DNA of 32,000 nucleotides from Candidatus Saccharimonadota bacterium (GTDB lineage Bacteria; Bacillota_I; Bacilli_A; Mycoplasmatales; Hepatoplasmataceae): NCBI GenBank assembly GCA_027925325.1, contig AP027133.1, positions 30,001 to 62,000 of the forward strand, read 5' to 3'. Shown piece by piece: positions 1 to 11,222 of this stretch (position 1 is its first letter; each line of letters starts with the position of its first letter). The notes under the pieces were generated by a model. It saw only the letters and a program-made list of their open reading frames with translations, ran no database searches and was not told where the DNA came from. The position numbers and the translations under genes were made by a program.

Positions 1-1224
1 TTAGATTATGAAGCGTATGATCGTGGTAATTCAATCTATTTAATTGATAAAGTTTTTCCAATGTTACCAGAAGAATTATCGAATAATCTTTGCTCTTTAA
101 ATCCTAATGAAGAAAAATTAACATTAACTTGTGACATGAAAATTACGGAAGAAGGAAAAATAATTGATTTTAAAGTTTATCCTAGTATTATTAAATCTTC
201 TTATCGATTGACATATAATGAAGTTGATAAATTATTTAGCGATCAAAAGTTTATTTTACGAGATGATCCAAAATTATCTTCGATGTTAAGAAATGCAAAA
301 AAAACAGCTAATGATTTGCGAAAATATAAATTAAAAAATGGAATGATTGATTATCAATTAAAAGAAACAAAAATTAAACTTGATCTGAAAGGAAATCCAA
401 TTGCGATAACTGAAAAAGTGCAAACAGAATCTGAAAGATTAATTGAAGATTTTATGGTTTCAGCTAATCAATCAATTGCAAAGTGATTTGTTCTTAAAAA
501 TTTACCATCAATTTTCCGTGTTCACAAAAAACCGAAGATTGAAAATTTAGAACCTTTTTATAATTTTTTAAATTTACTAAATTTGAGATTTAATTTTAAA
601 GATTTAAATTCAAAAAATTTCCAAAATTTTTTAGATCAATATAAAGATGATAAAAATATTGAAATTATCAAAAAAATAATGATTCAAGCGATGGAAAAAG
701 CAATTTATTTAGAAAAAAATGAAGGACATTATGCTCTTGGATTAAAATATTATCTTCACTTTACTTCTCCGATTAGAAGATATCCCGACCTTATTGTTCA
801 TCGATTATTACATTTTTTCTTATTTAAAAATGAAAAGATCAAAAATAAAGAAGAATTAGCAGTTTTAATTAATAAACTTTCAGAAATATCAAAGCATTGT
901 TCTTTGCGCGAAAAAGAAGCGATGGTAAGTGAAAGGAAGTTAGCCGATATCAAAAAAGTTCGTTTTTTTGCTAGCAAAATAAATCAAAAAATCGAAGGAA
1001 CAATTGTTAATTTTTCTAATTTTGGTATTTTTGTTGAATTAGAAAATAATACTCAGGGAATGGTAAGATTAGATAATTTAAAATTAAAAGCAAATAATTA
1101 TCAATATGATGAAAAGAAATTTCTTTTAAAAATAGATCAAAAAAGTTATCAATTAGGTGATAAAATTTTAGTAAAAATTGTTAAATTAGATACGATAAGA
1201 GGTTTGATTGAATTAGAATTATAA
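1..1224 (+). CDS. rnr: Ribonuclease R (3'-5' exoribonuclease), 5' end cut by the window edge
   Basis: Frame 1 is open from base 1. TGA at 484-486 read as Trp joins ORFs 61..486 and 583..1224. RNB-domain motif HFTSPIRRYPDLIVHRLL is present, followed by a C-terminal S1-like segment (GTIVNFSNFGIFVELENNTQGMVRL). Confidence 0.9.
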
Positions 1225-1231
1225 AATTGTT

Positions 1232-1672
1232 ATGAAAATAATTACAAAAAATAAGCGAGCAAAAAAAGATTATATTTTATTTAAAACATATGTTGCTGGA
1301 ATTTCATTATTAGGAGGAGAGGTAAAATCAATTCGTACAGGGAAAGTTGATATTACAGGTTCTTTTATAGCATTTGATCGTAATAATAATTTAGTAATTC
1401 ATGGGATGAACATTGAGAGATATAAATATCAAACACAACTTGAATTTGATAGTTTAAGAACAAGACAGTTACTTTTAAATAAGCAAGAAATTAGGCGGAT
1501 AAATGATAAAATTAAATTGGAGCGATTAACAATTGTTCCGATAAAACTTTTTATAAATGATAATAGTTTAATAAAATTAGAAATTGCACTTGCAAAAGGA
1601 CGCAGAAAAAAAGATATGCGTGAATATTTAAAAGAAAAAGAATTTAAAAAAAGTAAAAAAGAATATTATTAA
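1232..1672 (+). CDS. smpB: SsrA-binding protein SmpB
   Basis: 146-aa ORF with the typical SmpB N-terminus (NKRAKKDYILFKTYVAGISLLGGEVKSIR) and a basic C-terminal tail. It sits immediately upstream of the tmRNA. Confidence 0.9.
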   Translation: MKIITKNKRAKKDYILFKTYVAGISLLGGEVKSIRTGKVDITGSFIAFDRNNNLVIHGMNIERYKYQTQLEFDSLRTRQLLLNKQEIRRINDKIKLERLTIVPIKLFINDNSLIKLEIALAKGRRKKDMREYLKEKEFKKSKKEYY

Positions 1673-1682
1673 TTTTTACTAC

Positions 1683-2009
1683 GGGGGTGCACTGGATTTG
1701 ACAATTGAGGGTGAACTTAAAAGGCAGTGGTATTGCAGACCATAAGGCAATTTAAAGATAATCGGAAACGATGATTCTGCCGTTGATTTTGCTTTAATGC
1801 AAGAACAAAGTATCCAAAATACAAACTTTGCATTAGCATAATAAATTAACACTTCAACTTTATTTTTTCGCTTGGGATTTAGTTGGAGCGGTTACAAGCG
1901 AACATTTAGATTTTATTTTAAGGGATGCTAATTCCTCAAATTAGCTAAACTGTAGATTTTTAAGGGTTCTCTCATTTGGACTCGGGTTCGATTCCCGACA
2001 CCTCCACCA
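1683..2009 (+). ncRNA. ssrA: tmRNA (SsrA)
   Basis: 5' GGGGGUG pairs with 3' CACCUCC, followed by ACCA. A tRNA-like T-arm GGGTTCGATTCCC lies near the 3' end. An internal tag reading frame (about 1764-1838) reads (G)NDDSAVDFALMQEQSIQNTNFALA and ends in tandem TAA TAA at 1839-1844. Confidence 0.9.
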
Positions 2010-2015
2010 TTTAAA

Positions 2016-3788
2016 ATGAATTTATCGATAACTGCATTCATTTTTGCAAATCTTTTTTCAATACTTATTGTCTTTGCAATTTATTTTGCGATAAAAGAAT
2101 ATTCAAGAATAAAGAATAATCAATTCTCTCAATTATCGTTGGTAATTATTTTCTTATTTTTACTACCGATTATATTTATTTTTGAGTATTTTTTTTCTTA
2201 TTATAATAATTTATATTATTTAAGTTTAATTCCAATTTTAATGATCTTTTTTTCGCTTTACTTTGATCATCGATTTTCTTATTTAATATTTGCAATTTTT
2301 TTATTTTCATGATTTTTTAAATTTATGAATATTGAAGATAATGGTGATTTTAATCCAATTTATTTACTTCCGCTTATTGCAAATTTTGCTTTAGTTTTAA
2401 TTATTAATTTAAGAGAAATTTCGATTTTTAGTAATCTAAAAAATTATTTTTTAACTGTAAGTTTGATTTTTATCTATATTTTTTTATTGTTTATTTTTGC
2501 AATTTTTTTCTTTTTTATATTAGATACAAATGATTTTTTTAGTAATCCGCCACTTGATTTTTTTATCTTATTAATTTCAGAAATTTTTTATTATTATTTT
2601 CTTTATTTATTGATATTTTTTGCAATTTTAGGAGTAGACTCAATCTATAATAATTTTTTTAAACTTGAAACTTTTTCAACACAAAATGAAGTTTCATATT
2701 TTAAAATTACATTAGCACAAGATTATTTGAAAAGATATATTTTTGAAAATAATTATAAATATGGTTTTTTAGTCTTATTTGATATAGATAATAATTTTCT
2801 ATTAAGAAATGATATTAATTTTATTTTAGAACACTTAAAATTAAAAATTCAAAAAAATTATCAAAATGCCTTTTTTTTAAAAATTGATAGTAGATATTAT
2901 TCTGTTTTTTTACCCTTTAAACGAAGTGAAATTGATCTAGAATTAATTTATCAAAATAATCAACTTAATACTCATAAAAATGATTATTTTTCTGATCTTG
3001 AAAAAATATTAAGTAAAATTAAGATAAATGATAAAAATATTCAAGCCGCTGTATCAATTTATGGATTAGATTCATATGATTTAAATCATTTAATTTATGA
3101 TTCCTCTTATCTTTTAAATCCATTAATTAAAAATAATGATACAATCGTAAATGTTTATGATTTTCGAAAAATAACGGATAGATTAATAAGAAATAGTCAA
3201 TCACAATATTTAATAAAAATGATCAAAAATTATGATATTAATTATGTAAGAGCTAATACAAAATTAAAGATTTATTATCCGATAATTTATATTCATGATT
3301 ATAAATATAAAAAAATAAATTTTTATGATTGATTAAAAATAAAGAAATTTAGTCAAAGCGAACAGATTATATTAGAAAGATATTTTGCAAATAAGGTTAT
3401 TGAAAATTCAAAAAATTATCATTTTGATAAACTAGTTTTAAATTATCCTTTAAAATATTTATTAAATAGTAATTTTGATAAAAATAAGTTTTTAAATAAC
3501 ATTAAAGCAAAAATTGATTTTAATAAGATTATTATCGGTGTATTTATTGATCAAAAAATTAAAGAAAGTTATAATTTAAAAAAATTAAAAGATAATTTTG
3601 CGCAATTAGGAATTGAATTTGCAATTTTAAATTTAGAAAAATTTGATGATAATTTTTATGATATTTTAAAGCCATTATGATTTAAATATGAAAAAGAATA
3701 TGGTATCTCAAATTTCTTTAGAAAAAAAGATAAAGATCTAGAAAAAAAATTTAAAAAATATGGAATAAAAGATAATCTTTTAAATTAA
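2016..3788 (+). CDS. Polytopic membrane protein with degenerate GGDEF-like and EAL-like cytoplasmic regions
   Basis: ORFs 2016..2312 and 2325..3332 plus the downstream open frame to TAA 3786-3788 join through in-frame TGA codons. The N-terminal 200 aa or so is very hydrophobic (multiple TM helices). The middle segment GFLVLFDIDNNFLLRNDINFILEHLKLKIQKNYQNAFFLKIDSRYYSVFLPF follows GGDEF-domain spacing but lacks the GGDEF residues. The C-terminal segment IIGVFIDQ...LGIEFAILNLEKFDDNFYDILKPLWFKYEKE follows EAL-domain spacing but lacks the catalytic residues. Confidence 0.55.
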
Positions 3789-3817
3789 TATTATAATATT
3801 GATAATTTAATTAAATA

Positions 3818-4402
3818 ATGGAAACTGAGTTTTGAATTTTAGCGGCATTAATTATTGTTTTTACAACAATTCCTTGATTGATTTTTTATTTTCAAAAATC
3901 TTCTTTTTTAAAAAAAAGAATTAAGCATCAGACAAACGAAGAAGAAAAAATTAATATAATTCAATCAATTGATCTAGCGATTGAATCTTTAATTACCGAT
4001 AAAAAAGGAGCAACTATTGTTCTTGATGATTTTGATGATGTTGAAAAATATGTTGCTGATTTTGAATATCTAGATGCATATGTATCATCTTCACTTATTG
4101 TTAATATTTTTGAAGGAACATATACACCGTTGCATGATGGGGCTTTGATTATAAATAATAATCGTATTAAAAGCGCAGCGGCTTATATTTCAAGATTATC
4201 AAGTAAAAAATTACCAAAAAGATTTGGTACAAGACATAGGTCGGCATTAGGTTTAAGTGAGGCCACTAACTCGATAATTATTGTTTTATCAGAAGAAACA
4301 CAAAATATTCATTTTTTTTATCATGGTGATTATGAAAAAATTGAACGAAAAGAATTTTTTGAAAAAATTTATAAAATTTGAATTGAACAGAAAGAAGTTT
4401 AG
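3818..4402 (+). CDS. cdaA: Diadenylate cyclase (DAC domain) with a single N-terminal TM helix
   Basis: ATG at 3818, with three in-frame TGA (Trp) codons joined (two upstream of and one ending ORF 3878..4381), ending at TAG 4400-4402. DAC signature motifs TPLHDGALII (DGA) and GTRHRSALGLSE (RHR) are present. The hydrophobic N-terminus is EFWILAALIIVFTTIPWLIFYF. Confidence 0.85.
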
Positions 4403-4404
4403 AA

Positions 4405-5124
4405 ATGACTGCTCATAATGAAGCAAAAAAAGAAGATATAGCAAAAATTGTTTTAATGGCAGGAGATCCACTACGAGCTAAAAAATTTGCTAAAAAATAT
4501 TTACAAAAAGTAAAATTGGTAAATTCAATCCGTGGAATGCTTGCTTTTACCGGATATATTAACGAAAAAAGAGTAACGGTAATGGGGCATGGAATGGGAA
4601 TGGAATCAATCGGTATCTATGCATATGAACTTTATAAGTTTTATGATGTTGATATCATTATAAGATTTGGTTCTTGTGGATCATATCTAAAAGATTTAAA
4701 TTTATTTGATTTAGTAATTGCAGAAGAAGCTTATACTGAATCAAATTATGGATTAGGATTTAAAAATTATAATGAAGATACGATCAAAGCTTCTTCTGAA
4801 CTTGTGGAAAAATTTACTAAAGCAGCAAAAGATTTAAATTTAAATGATAAGGTTAAAATTGGTAAAATTCATTCTTCAATGTGATTTTATACTGAAGGAT
4901 ATAGTAAATCAATTAAAGATTACAGCGATCAAAAAATAATAGCTGTTGAAATGGAATCTTATGCACTTTATTTAATTGCTAAAATTTTAAACAAAAAAGC
5001 ACTTACAATTCTTACTGTTTCAGATAATTTAGTTACAAAAAAAGAGACAACAGCAATGGAGAGGCAAGAAGGATTTATCGATATGTTTAATTTATTAAAA
5101 AAATTTATAATTAATTTGTCTTAA
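4405..5124 (+). CDS. deoD: Purine nucleoside phosphorylase DeoD-type
   Basis: ORF 4405..4884 extends through TGA to TAA 5122-5124 (239 aa). Motifs VLMAGDPLRAK, VTVMGHGMGMESIGIYAYEL and VEMESYALY are typical of hexameric PNP. Confidence 0.9.
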
Positions 5125-5133
5125 TTTAGTTTT

Positions 5134-6723
5134 ATGGAAAATAAGAATTTACTTATCTTAAAAGCAATCAAAAAATACTATAAAGAGGGTGATTTTAAGA
5201 AAATTAATCAATTAGTTTCTGATATCCATCCTAATTTATTTTATGATTATTTTGTAAAACAAGATAATTGAAAAGAAGAAGATTATGTTATTTTTTTAGA
5301 AAATTTAAAGTCTGAATATGCAGCGAAATTATTTGCAAATTTTCAGACAAGTTATCAACTAGAACTAATTTCAATTCTTTCTGATAAAACTTTAAAAAAA
5401 ATATTTTCGCAATTTTATGTTGATGAATCTGTTGATTTATTGGAAGAATATCCATATGAAAAAGCAAGATATATTATTAGTCTTTTAGATCAAGATGATG
5501 CTAAGAAAATTACTGATATTTTTAAATATAAAAAATATCAAATTGGTTTTCATATGGTTATTGATTTTATTTCAATCAATGAAAATTTAACAATAAGAGA
5601 AGCGAAAAATGATATTAAAAAGAAAGTTAATCGAAGATCTTTAGAAATTATCGGTAATATCTTTGTTGTCGATCAAGAACAAAAATTAATCGGTTATATT
5701 ACTCCAGATCGAATTATCGTAGAAGAAAATGATAAAAAAATTAAAGATTTTTTGATGCCGATCGATTTTATTTATCCTACTGATAAAATAAGTAAGGCAG
5801 AAAAAATTCTTGCAAAATTTGATGTTCCTTCTGTTCCGGTTGTTGATGATGAAAAGAAGATAGTCGGAGTTATTGAAGCAGAAGATGTAATTGAGATGTA
5901 TGATGAGATCGATGATGCTTTTTTTGAATCAGCAAAAGAAAAATACACTGGTAAGAGTTATTTTGATTTAAAAGCAGTCGATATTTTTAAATCAAGAATT
6001 GTTTGACTTTTAATTTTATTAATTATTGGGATATTTTCACAGATTATAATTATGGAGTTTCAAAATATTTGACAAAATAATGGAATGTATGGTAATTCTA
6101 CTTCAGTTATTGTTAGTCAAGTTGTTACACTTGCTTTATTTACATCTCTTTCTATTTCTTCTTCTATTAATGATTCAGCTGGGAATAGTGGTTCACAGAC
6201 ATCGACGACATTAATTCGAGCGATGGCGATGGGTGAAATTGAAGAAAAAGATTTTGGTAAAGCGGTCCGAAAAGAGATAAAGGTTGGAATTTATTTAGGA
6301 CTTATAATTTCACTTGTCTCTCTTTTAAGAGTATTTTTAGTTTGATGAATAGTTGGCTCACTTCGTGAAATTCCTGATGCAGCGGCTGCCTTGGGTTGAA
6401 GTGAGGGTAAAGTTTGATTATGATATGTAATAATAGCTTTAATTTCTTCTTTTACTTTCTTTCTTGCAATTTTAGTTGGAAATTTTATCGGTGCAATCTT
6501 ACCAATCATCGCCTATAAATTTAATTCAGATGGATCAACGATAGCTGGTCCTTTGCAAACAACGGTTGTTGATTTTTTTGTCGTCACAATTTATCTTGGT
6601 CTTACAACGGCAATATTTGTTCCGCTTTCACAAAATGGTTATTTTGATATCGATGATACATTACAACAAACCAATTTTGAAATTATCAATAATTTTAATC
6701 AATTCTATTTTCATTATATATAA
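5134..6723 (+). CDS. mgtE: Magnesium transporter MgtE
   Basis: ATG 5134; fragments 5440..6006 and 6085..6345 and the downstream frame join via TGA = Trp to TAA 6721-6723. It has an N-domain, a CBS pair (ITPDRIIVEEN..., VPVVDDEKKIVGVIEAEDVIE) and a C-terminal TM domain with SAGNSGSQTSTTLIRAMA and GPLQTTVVD motifs. Confidence 0.85.
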
Positions 6724-6767
6724 CATTTTAATTGTTATAATTATAGTTAATTAAAAGTTTTGAATTT

Positions 6768-6858
6768 GGAGTAGTACTCAAGTTGGTTAAGAGGCCTCTC
6801 TGCTAAAGAGGTAGTCGAGATTTCTCGTTCGCAGGTTCAAATCCTGTCTACTCCACCA
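6768..6858 (+). tRNA. tRNA-Ser (anticodon GCU), CCA encoded
   Basis: Acceptor stem GGAGTAG/CTACTCC, anticodon loop CT-GCT-AA, long variable arm, T-arm GGTTCAAATCC, 3' ACCA. Confidence 0.9.
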
Positions 6859-6880
6859 TTTTTTATTATTTTTTAATAAG

Positions 6881-8377
6881 ATGAATCAGAAAATTATTTT
6901 ATATAAAATTACGACTTATGTTCACTATTTAATAGCACTTTTGCTTTTTCTTTTAATTATATTTTCATTTATATTTTTAACTTATCTTGGTGTCTTTTTT
7001 CTTTTGTTTTTTTATTTATTTAATTTTTATTATTTATTTGAAATTTTATTTTCTGATTTTAATTATCAACAAAAAAGATGATGAATTATAATTTTACTAA
7101 TTCTTCCTGGTACCGGAGCATATTTATATTTTATTTTTGCAAAAATTTCATTTCGGCAATTAAATTTAAGTAAAAAGTTACCAATAATAAAAAATGGTCA
7201 AGATATTAATGATCAATTTTCTTTAATTTCAAGCAAAATAGAAAATTTAGAATTAGATTCTAATTTTTTTATGATAAGAGATTCGATTCGAGAAATTGAT
7301 AATTTTATTTTTGATCTTAAAAATGCAAAAAAAGAAATTTGCTTTTTTCTATCTGATTTAGATTACGGTATAGTCTGACAGAAATTGAAAAATGAGCTAT
7401 CTTTAAAAGTTAAAGAGAAAAATTTATCAATTTATTTTATCGTTGATTTTTTTGCCTTAAATAAAAATAATCAAAAAATAATTAAGGAGATTAAATTAAT
7501 TAAAAATTGTAAGATTTTTTATTTTAACAATTGAAAAATTTTTGATAGTTTAAGGATCAAAAAATTAAGAGGAAATTTAAATTTTATAATTATTGATAAT
7601 AAAATTACATATTTTAATGGAATAAATCTTTTAGAAAAAAAATTTTTATTTGCAAAAGATGGATTTGTTTTTGCAAATGGATTTAAATTTAAAGATAATT
7701 TAACAATTTTTTTTAATTATCTTTTTAATTATTTTGTTAGTTTTTTTGATTTAAAATTAAGTGAGAAATTAAATCATGAGATTTTAAATTCTGAAAAATT
7801 AAAAGAGATTAAAATTAATCAAAATAATCAACAGGAAAATATACAATTTTTTGTAAATGGTCTAAATAGAAATAATGATTTTTATTATAAAAATTTTATT
7901 GACAGCATTAAAAAAGCACAAAAATCAATAAATATAATAATACCCAATCTTTTAATTTTAAATGATTTTAAAGATTGCTTAATTGATGCATTAAATAAAA
8001 ATATTGAAGTAAAATGTATTATTTCTGAAACAAATAATAAAAATCTAAAATCAAAATTAAGTCGTTTGTATGAAGAAGAATTAATTACCTTTGGGGCGAA
8101 GATTTTTAAATTAGAAAATATAAAAACTACTGAAAATATGTTATTAATAGATAATAAATATCTACTTTTTTCAACATCAAATAGTAGTTATAAATCTATT
8201 TTTAATAATTTAAATCTTAATTTAGTTATTAGATCGGAAAAAACAATTAAAAATGTAAACGCATTTTTTGAAGATCTTTTAAAAAATTCATACAAAGAAA
8301 CAACAAATTATCTTCATTGATCGATTTTTAAACAATTATTTTATAAATTTATCGCTTTTATTTTTCCAATTTTGTAA
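6881..8377 (+). CDS. cls: Cardiolipin synthase-like protein (PLD superfamily) with degenerate HKD motifs
   Basis: ORFs 6881..7081 and 8066..8320 and the sequence between them join through TGA = Trp, ending at TAA 8375-8377 (498 aa). Two N-terminal TM helices carry the PLDc_N-like segment WWIIILLILPGTGAYLYFIF. Two PLD-like repeats follow, with motif positions that read NLNFIIIDNKITYFNGINL and ENMLLIDNKYLLFSTSN instead of HxKxxxxD. Confidence 0.7.
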
Positions 8378-8423
8378 AAAAAATAATGAATAAGAAAAAT
8401 TATTATATAATTAATTCAGTGGT

Positions 8424-8498
8424 GCGAGTGTAGTATAGCGGCTATTATGTCTGGCTTCCAACCAGAAGATGAGGGTTCGATTCCCTTCACTCGCTCCA
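8424..8498 (+). tRNA. tRNA-Gly (anticodon UCC), CCA encoded
   Basis: Acceptor stem GCGAGTG/CACTCGC, anticodon loop CT-TCC-AA, T-arm GGGTTCGATTCCC, 3' TCCA. Confidence 0.9.
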
Positions 8499-8538
8499 TT
8501 TTTTTTATCAAAAAAAGGATTTAATTTAATTTATTAAT

Positions 8539-10260
8539 GTGAAAAAACTAAATGGAATTGCTGCATCAGAAGGAATTGCAGTTGCAAAAATATATAAATT
8601 AAAGCAAGAAAAATTAGATGTTAAAAAAATAAAAGTATTAGATTACAATGGAGAGATTGAGAAATTAAATAATGCTTTAGATCAAGCACAAATTCAGATT
8701 AATGATTTAAAAACAAAGGCATTAAAAAAATTAGGGCAGGAAAAAGCTGAAATTTTTGATGCTCATTTACAAATACTTAAAGATCCAGAATTAAAAAATC
8801 AAATTTTAGACAAAATTAAAAGCGAAAAAATAAATGCTTCTTTTGCTTTTGATTTTGTTGCAAAAAATTTTCAAGAAATCTTTTTGCAAATGGATGATCC
8901 TTATATGAAAGAAAGAGCAAGTGATGTAAAAGATGTAAGCTATCGTGTTCTTTCTATTCTTTTAGGAAAAAAAATTAAAGATTTATCTTTAATAAATAAT
9001 GAAGTAATAATTTTAGCTCATGACCTTACTCCATCTCAAACATCTCAATTAAATGCAAAATTCGTAAAAGGTTTTGTAACAGAAATTGGTGGTAAAACTT
9101 CTCATTCAGCAATTATGGCTCGAACATTACAAATTCCTGCAATTGTCGGTGTTGGAAATAAAATTTTTGATTTAGATGATGATAAAGAAATTTTAATCGA
9201 TGGAAAAACGGGAATTTTAATCATAAATCCTGATAAGGAAACAAAGAATTTATATAAAAAACAAGCAGAAAGAGATCTCTTGTTAAAACAAGAAGAATTA
9301 ACTTTTAAGCAAAAAATTTCACAATCAAAAGATGGATGAAAAACAAAAATTGCAGCCAATATTGGATCACCTGAGGATTTAAATGGTTATCATAAATTTG
9401 GTGCAGAGGGAATTGGACTTTTTAGAAGTGAATTTTTATATATGGAATCTGATCATTGACCTACTGAAGAAGAGCAATTTTTAGCATATAAAAAAGTACT
9501 TGAAGAAGTAAAACCAAATTTTACAATAATTAGAACACTTGATATCGGGGGAGATAAAACACTTAAATATTATCAATTTCCTAAGGAAATGAATCCCTTT
9601 CTAGGTTATCGTGCAATTAGGGTCCAATTAGATCAAAAAAAATTATTAATCACACAGATAAGAGCATTATTAAGAGCATCATATTATGGAAATTTAGGAA
9701 TTAATATTCCTATGATCGCAACTATTAATGAATTTAAAGAGGTAAAATCAATCATTAAGAAGGTTGAGAATGATTTAATAAAAGAAGGCAAAAAGATCGG
9801 TCAATATAAATTAGGAATTATGGTGGAGATTCCTTCTGCCGTCATTCTTGCGGAAAAATTTGCTAAGTATGTTGATTATTTTTCAATTGGCACAAACGAT
9901 TTGATTCAATATACTTTTGCTGTTGATCGAATGTCTAAATCTGTTTCTTATCTTTATCAACCCTTTAATCCTGCGATTTTAGAATCTATTAAGAAAGTTA
10001 TCGATAGCTCACATAAATATGGTAAATGAACTGCGATTTGTGGGGAGATGGCAAGTGAAGAAAAATTAGCACCTTTATTTGTCGGAATGGGACTTGATGA
10101 ATTTTCAATGTCTGCTACAGCAGTTCTTAAAATTAGACGAATTATTTCAAAAATTGATAAAAAAGATGCAGAGAAACTAATTGAAAAAGTTTTAAATTTT
10201 GAAACAGCAGAACAAGTTGAAGATTTACTTACAAAATATCTGCAAAAAATTTTAAATTAA
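8539..10260 (+). CDS. ptsI: Phosphoenolpyruvate-protein phosphotransferase (PTS enzyme I)
   Basis: GTG start; three track fragments (8539, 9589, 10048) are in one frame and join via TGA = Trp (573 aa). Motifs: [15 protein letters not shown], the active-site region [21 protein letters not shown], and [12 protein letters not shown]. Confidence 0.92.
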
Positions 10261-10300
10261 TTATATATAATTTTATATATAACATTATTATGTTTATAAT

Positions 10301-10307
10301 GGAGGAA
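10301..10307 (+). promoter_or_regulatory. Shine-Dalgarno sequence for crr
   Basis: GGAGGAA ends 3 nt upstream of ATG 10311. This favours 10311 over the track's ATG at 10290 as the start. Confidence 0.5.
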
Positions 10308-10310
10308 GAA

Positions 10311-10826
10311 ATGTTTTTTGGTTTTGGAAAGAAAAAAGAAACAAATGAGAATGAATTAAAAATTCTTTCACCTTGTGATGGTAAAATAAAAGATCTAACA
10401 AAGGTAGATGATGCGGTTTTTGCAGAAAAAATGACAGGTGATGGAGTTGCTATCATTCCTAAAAATGGAAAAATTTTAGCTCCTTTCAAAGGAAAGATGC
10501 AAGTTGTTTTTGATACTGGTCATGCTTATGGGATTAAAAGTGATTTAGGGCCAGAGGTATTAATTCATATTGGAATAGATACTGTTACATTAAATGGTCA
10601 GGGATTTACAAAAAAAGTTTCACAAGGAAAATCAGTAAGAGAGCAAGCTGAAATTGCTGAAGTAGATCTTAAGGTTATAAATGAATTAGCAAAAGGTTCA
10701 GATATTATTGTGATTTTAACCGATGATTCACTAGAAGAAAAATGAAAATTAGAAATGATTGTAAAACCAGGTGATGAAGTAAAAGCGGGAGATATTTTAT
10801 TTAAAGCAGTAAAAAAAGACAATTAA
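10311..10826 (+). CDS. crr: PTS glucose-family EIIA component
   Basis: EIIA-Glc motifs DAVFAEKMTGDGVAIIP and HAYGIKSDLGPEVLIHIGIDTVTLNGQGF. The ORF extends through TGA 10743-10745 to TAA 10824-10826. Confidence 0.85.
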
Positions 10827-10837
10827 GGAGCTTATAT

Positions 10838-11098
10838 ATGGAAATAAATGTTAAAATAATCGATCCAATCGGATTACATGCTCGTCCTGCATCAATAATT
10901 GTGCAACAAGCTAATAAATTTAAAGCAAATATTAAATTGATTTTAAATGGAAAAGAAGCTAATTTAAAATCAATTATGTCTGTAATGGCTTTAGGTGTTA
11001 AAACAAATACTGATATTAAAATCATTGCTGATGGTGATGATGCAAAAGAAGCATTAGAACAAATTAAAAAAGCAATGCACGATAATAAATTAATTTAA
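10838..11098 (+). CDS. ptsH: Phosphocarrier protein HPr
   Basis: 86 aa. The His-15 region GLHARPAS and the Ser-46 region LKSIMSVMALG are present. RBS AAGGAG lies at 10825-10830. Confidence 0.92.
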   Translation: MEINVKIIDPIGLHARPASIIVQQANKFKANIKLILNGKEANLKSIMSVMALGVKTNTDIKIIADGDDAKEALEQIKKAMHDNKLI

Positions 11099-11112
11099 TT
11101 TTAAAAATTTTA

Positions 11113-11146
11113 AAAGAAGGTGGAATTAGTACACTTTCTTTTTTTT
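11113..11146 (+). terminator. Rho-independent terminator after ptsH
   Basis: Stem AAGAAGGTG / CACTTTCTT (9 bp with one G-U pair), 9-nt loop, then a T-run (TTTTTTT). Confidence 0.6.
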
Positions 11147-11222
11147 GTTAAAAATGTTATTATAATAAGGTAATAAATTGTTATTTTAAACACAATTATG
11201 GTGGAGAAAGAAAGGAAAGAAA

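Noticed and set aside
4289-4471. Minus-strand ORF of 60 aa overlapping the cdaA/deoD junction.
   Set aside because: It is antisense to two well-supported genes, has a low-complexity F/L-rich translation typical of AT-rich antisense frames, and has no RBS.
6291-6754. ORFs 6291..6509 (-) and 6566..6754 (+) inside the 3' part of mgtE.
   Set aside because: Both overlap the MgtE TM domain, which reads through cleanly in its own frame with TGA = Trp. They are alternative-frame or antisense artefacts.
9102-11025. Minus-strand ORFs 9102..9359, 10229..10489, 10598..10822 and 10801..11025.
   Set aside because: They are antisense to ptsI, crr and ptsH, all of which carry strong family motifs, and they show no independent signals.
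11144-11166. Possible sigma-70-type promoter for rpsL (TTGTTA ... TATAAT).
   Set aside because: The spacer between the candidate -35 and -10 elements is only about 10 nt, and TATAAT-like hexamers are abundant in this composition. It is not supportable without transcript mapping.
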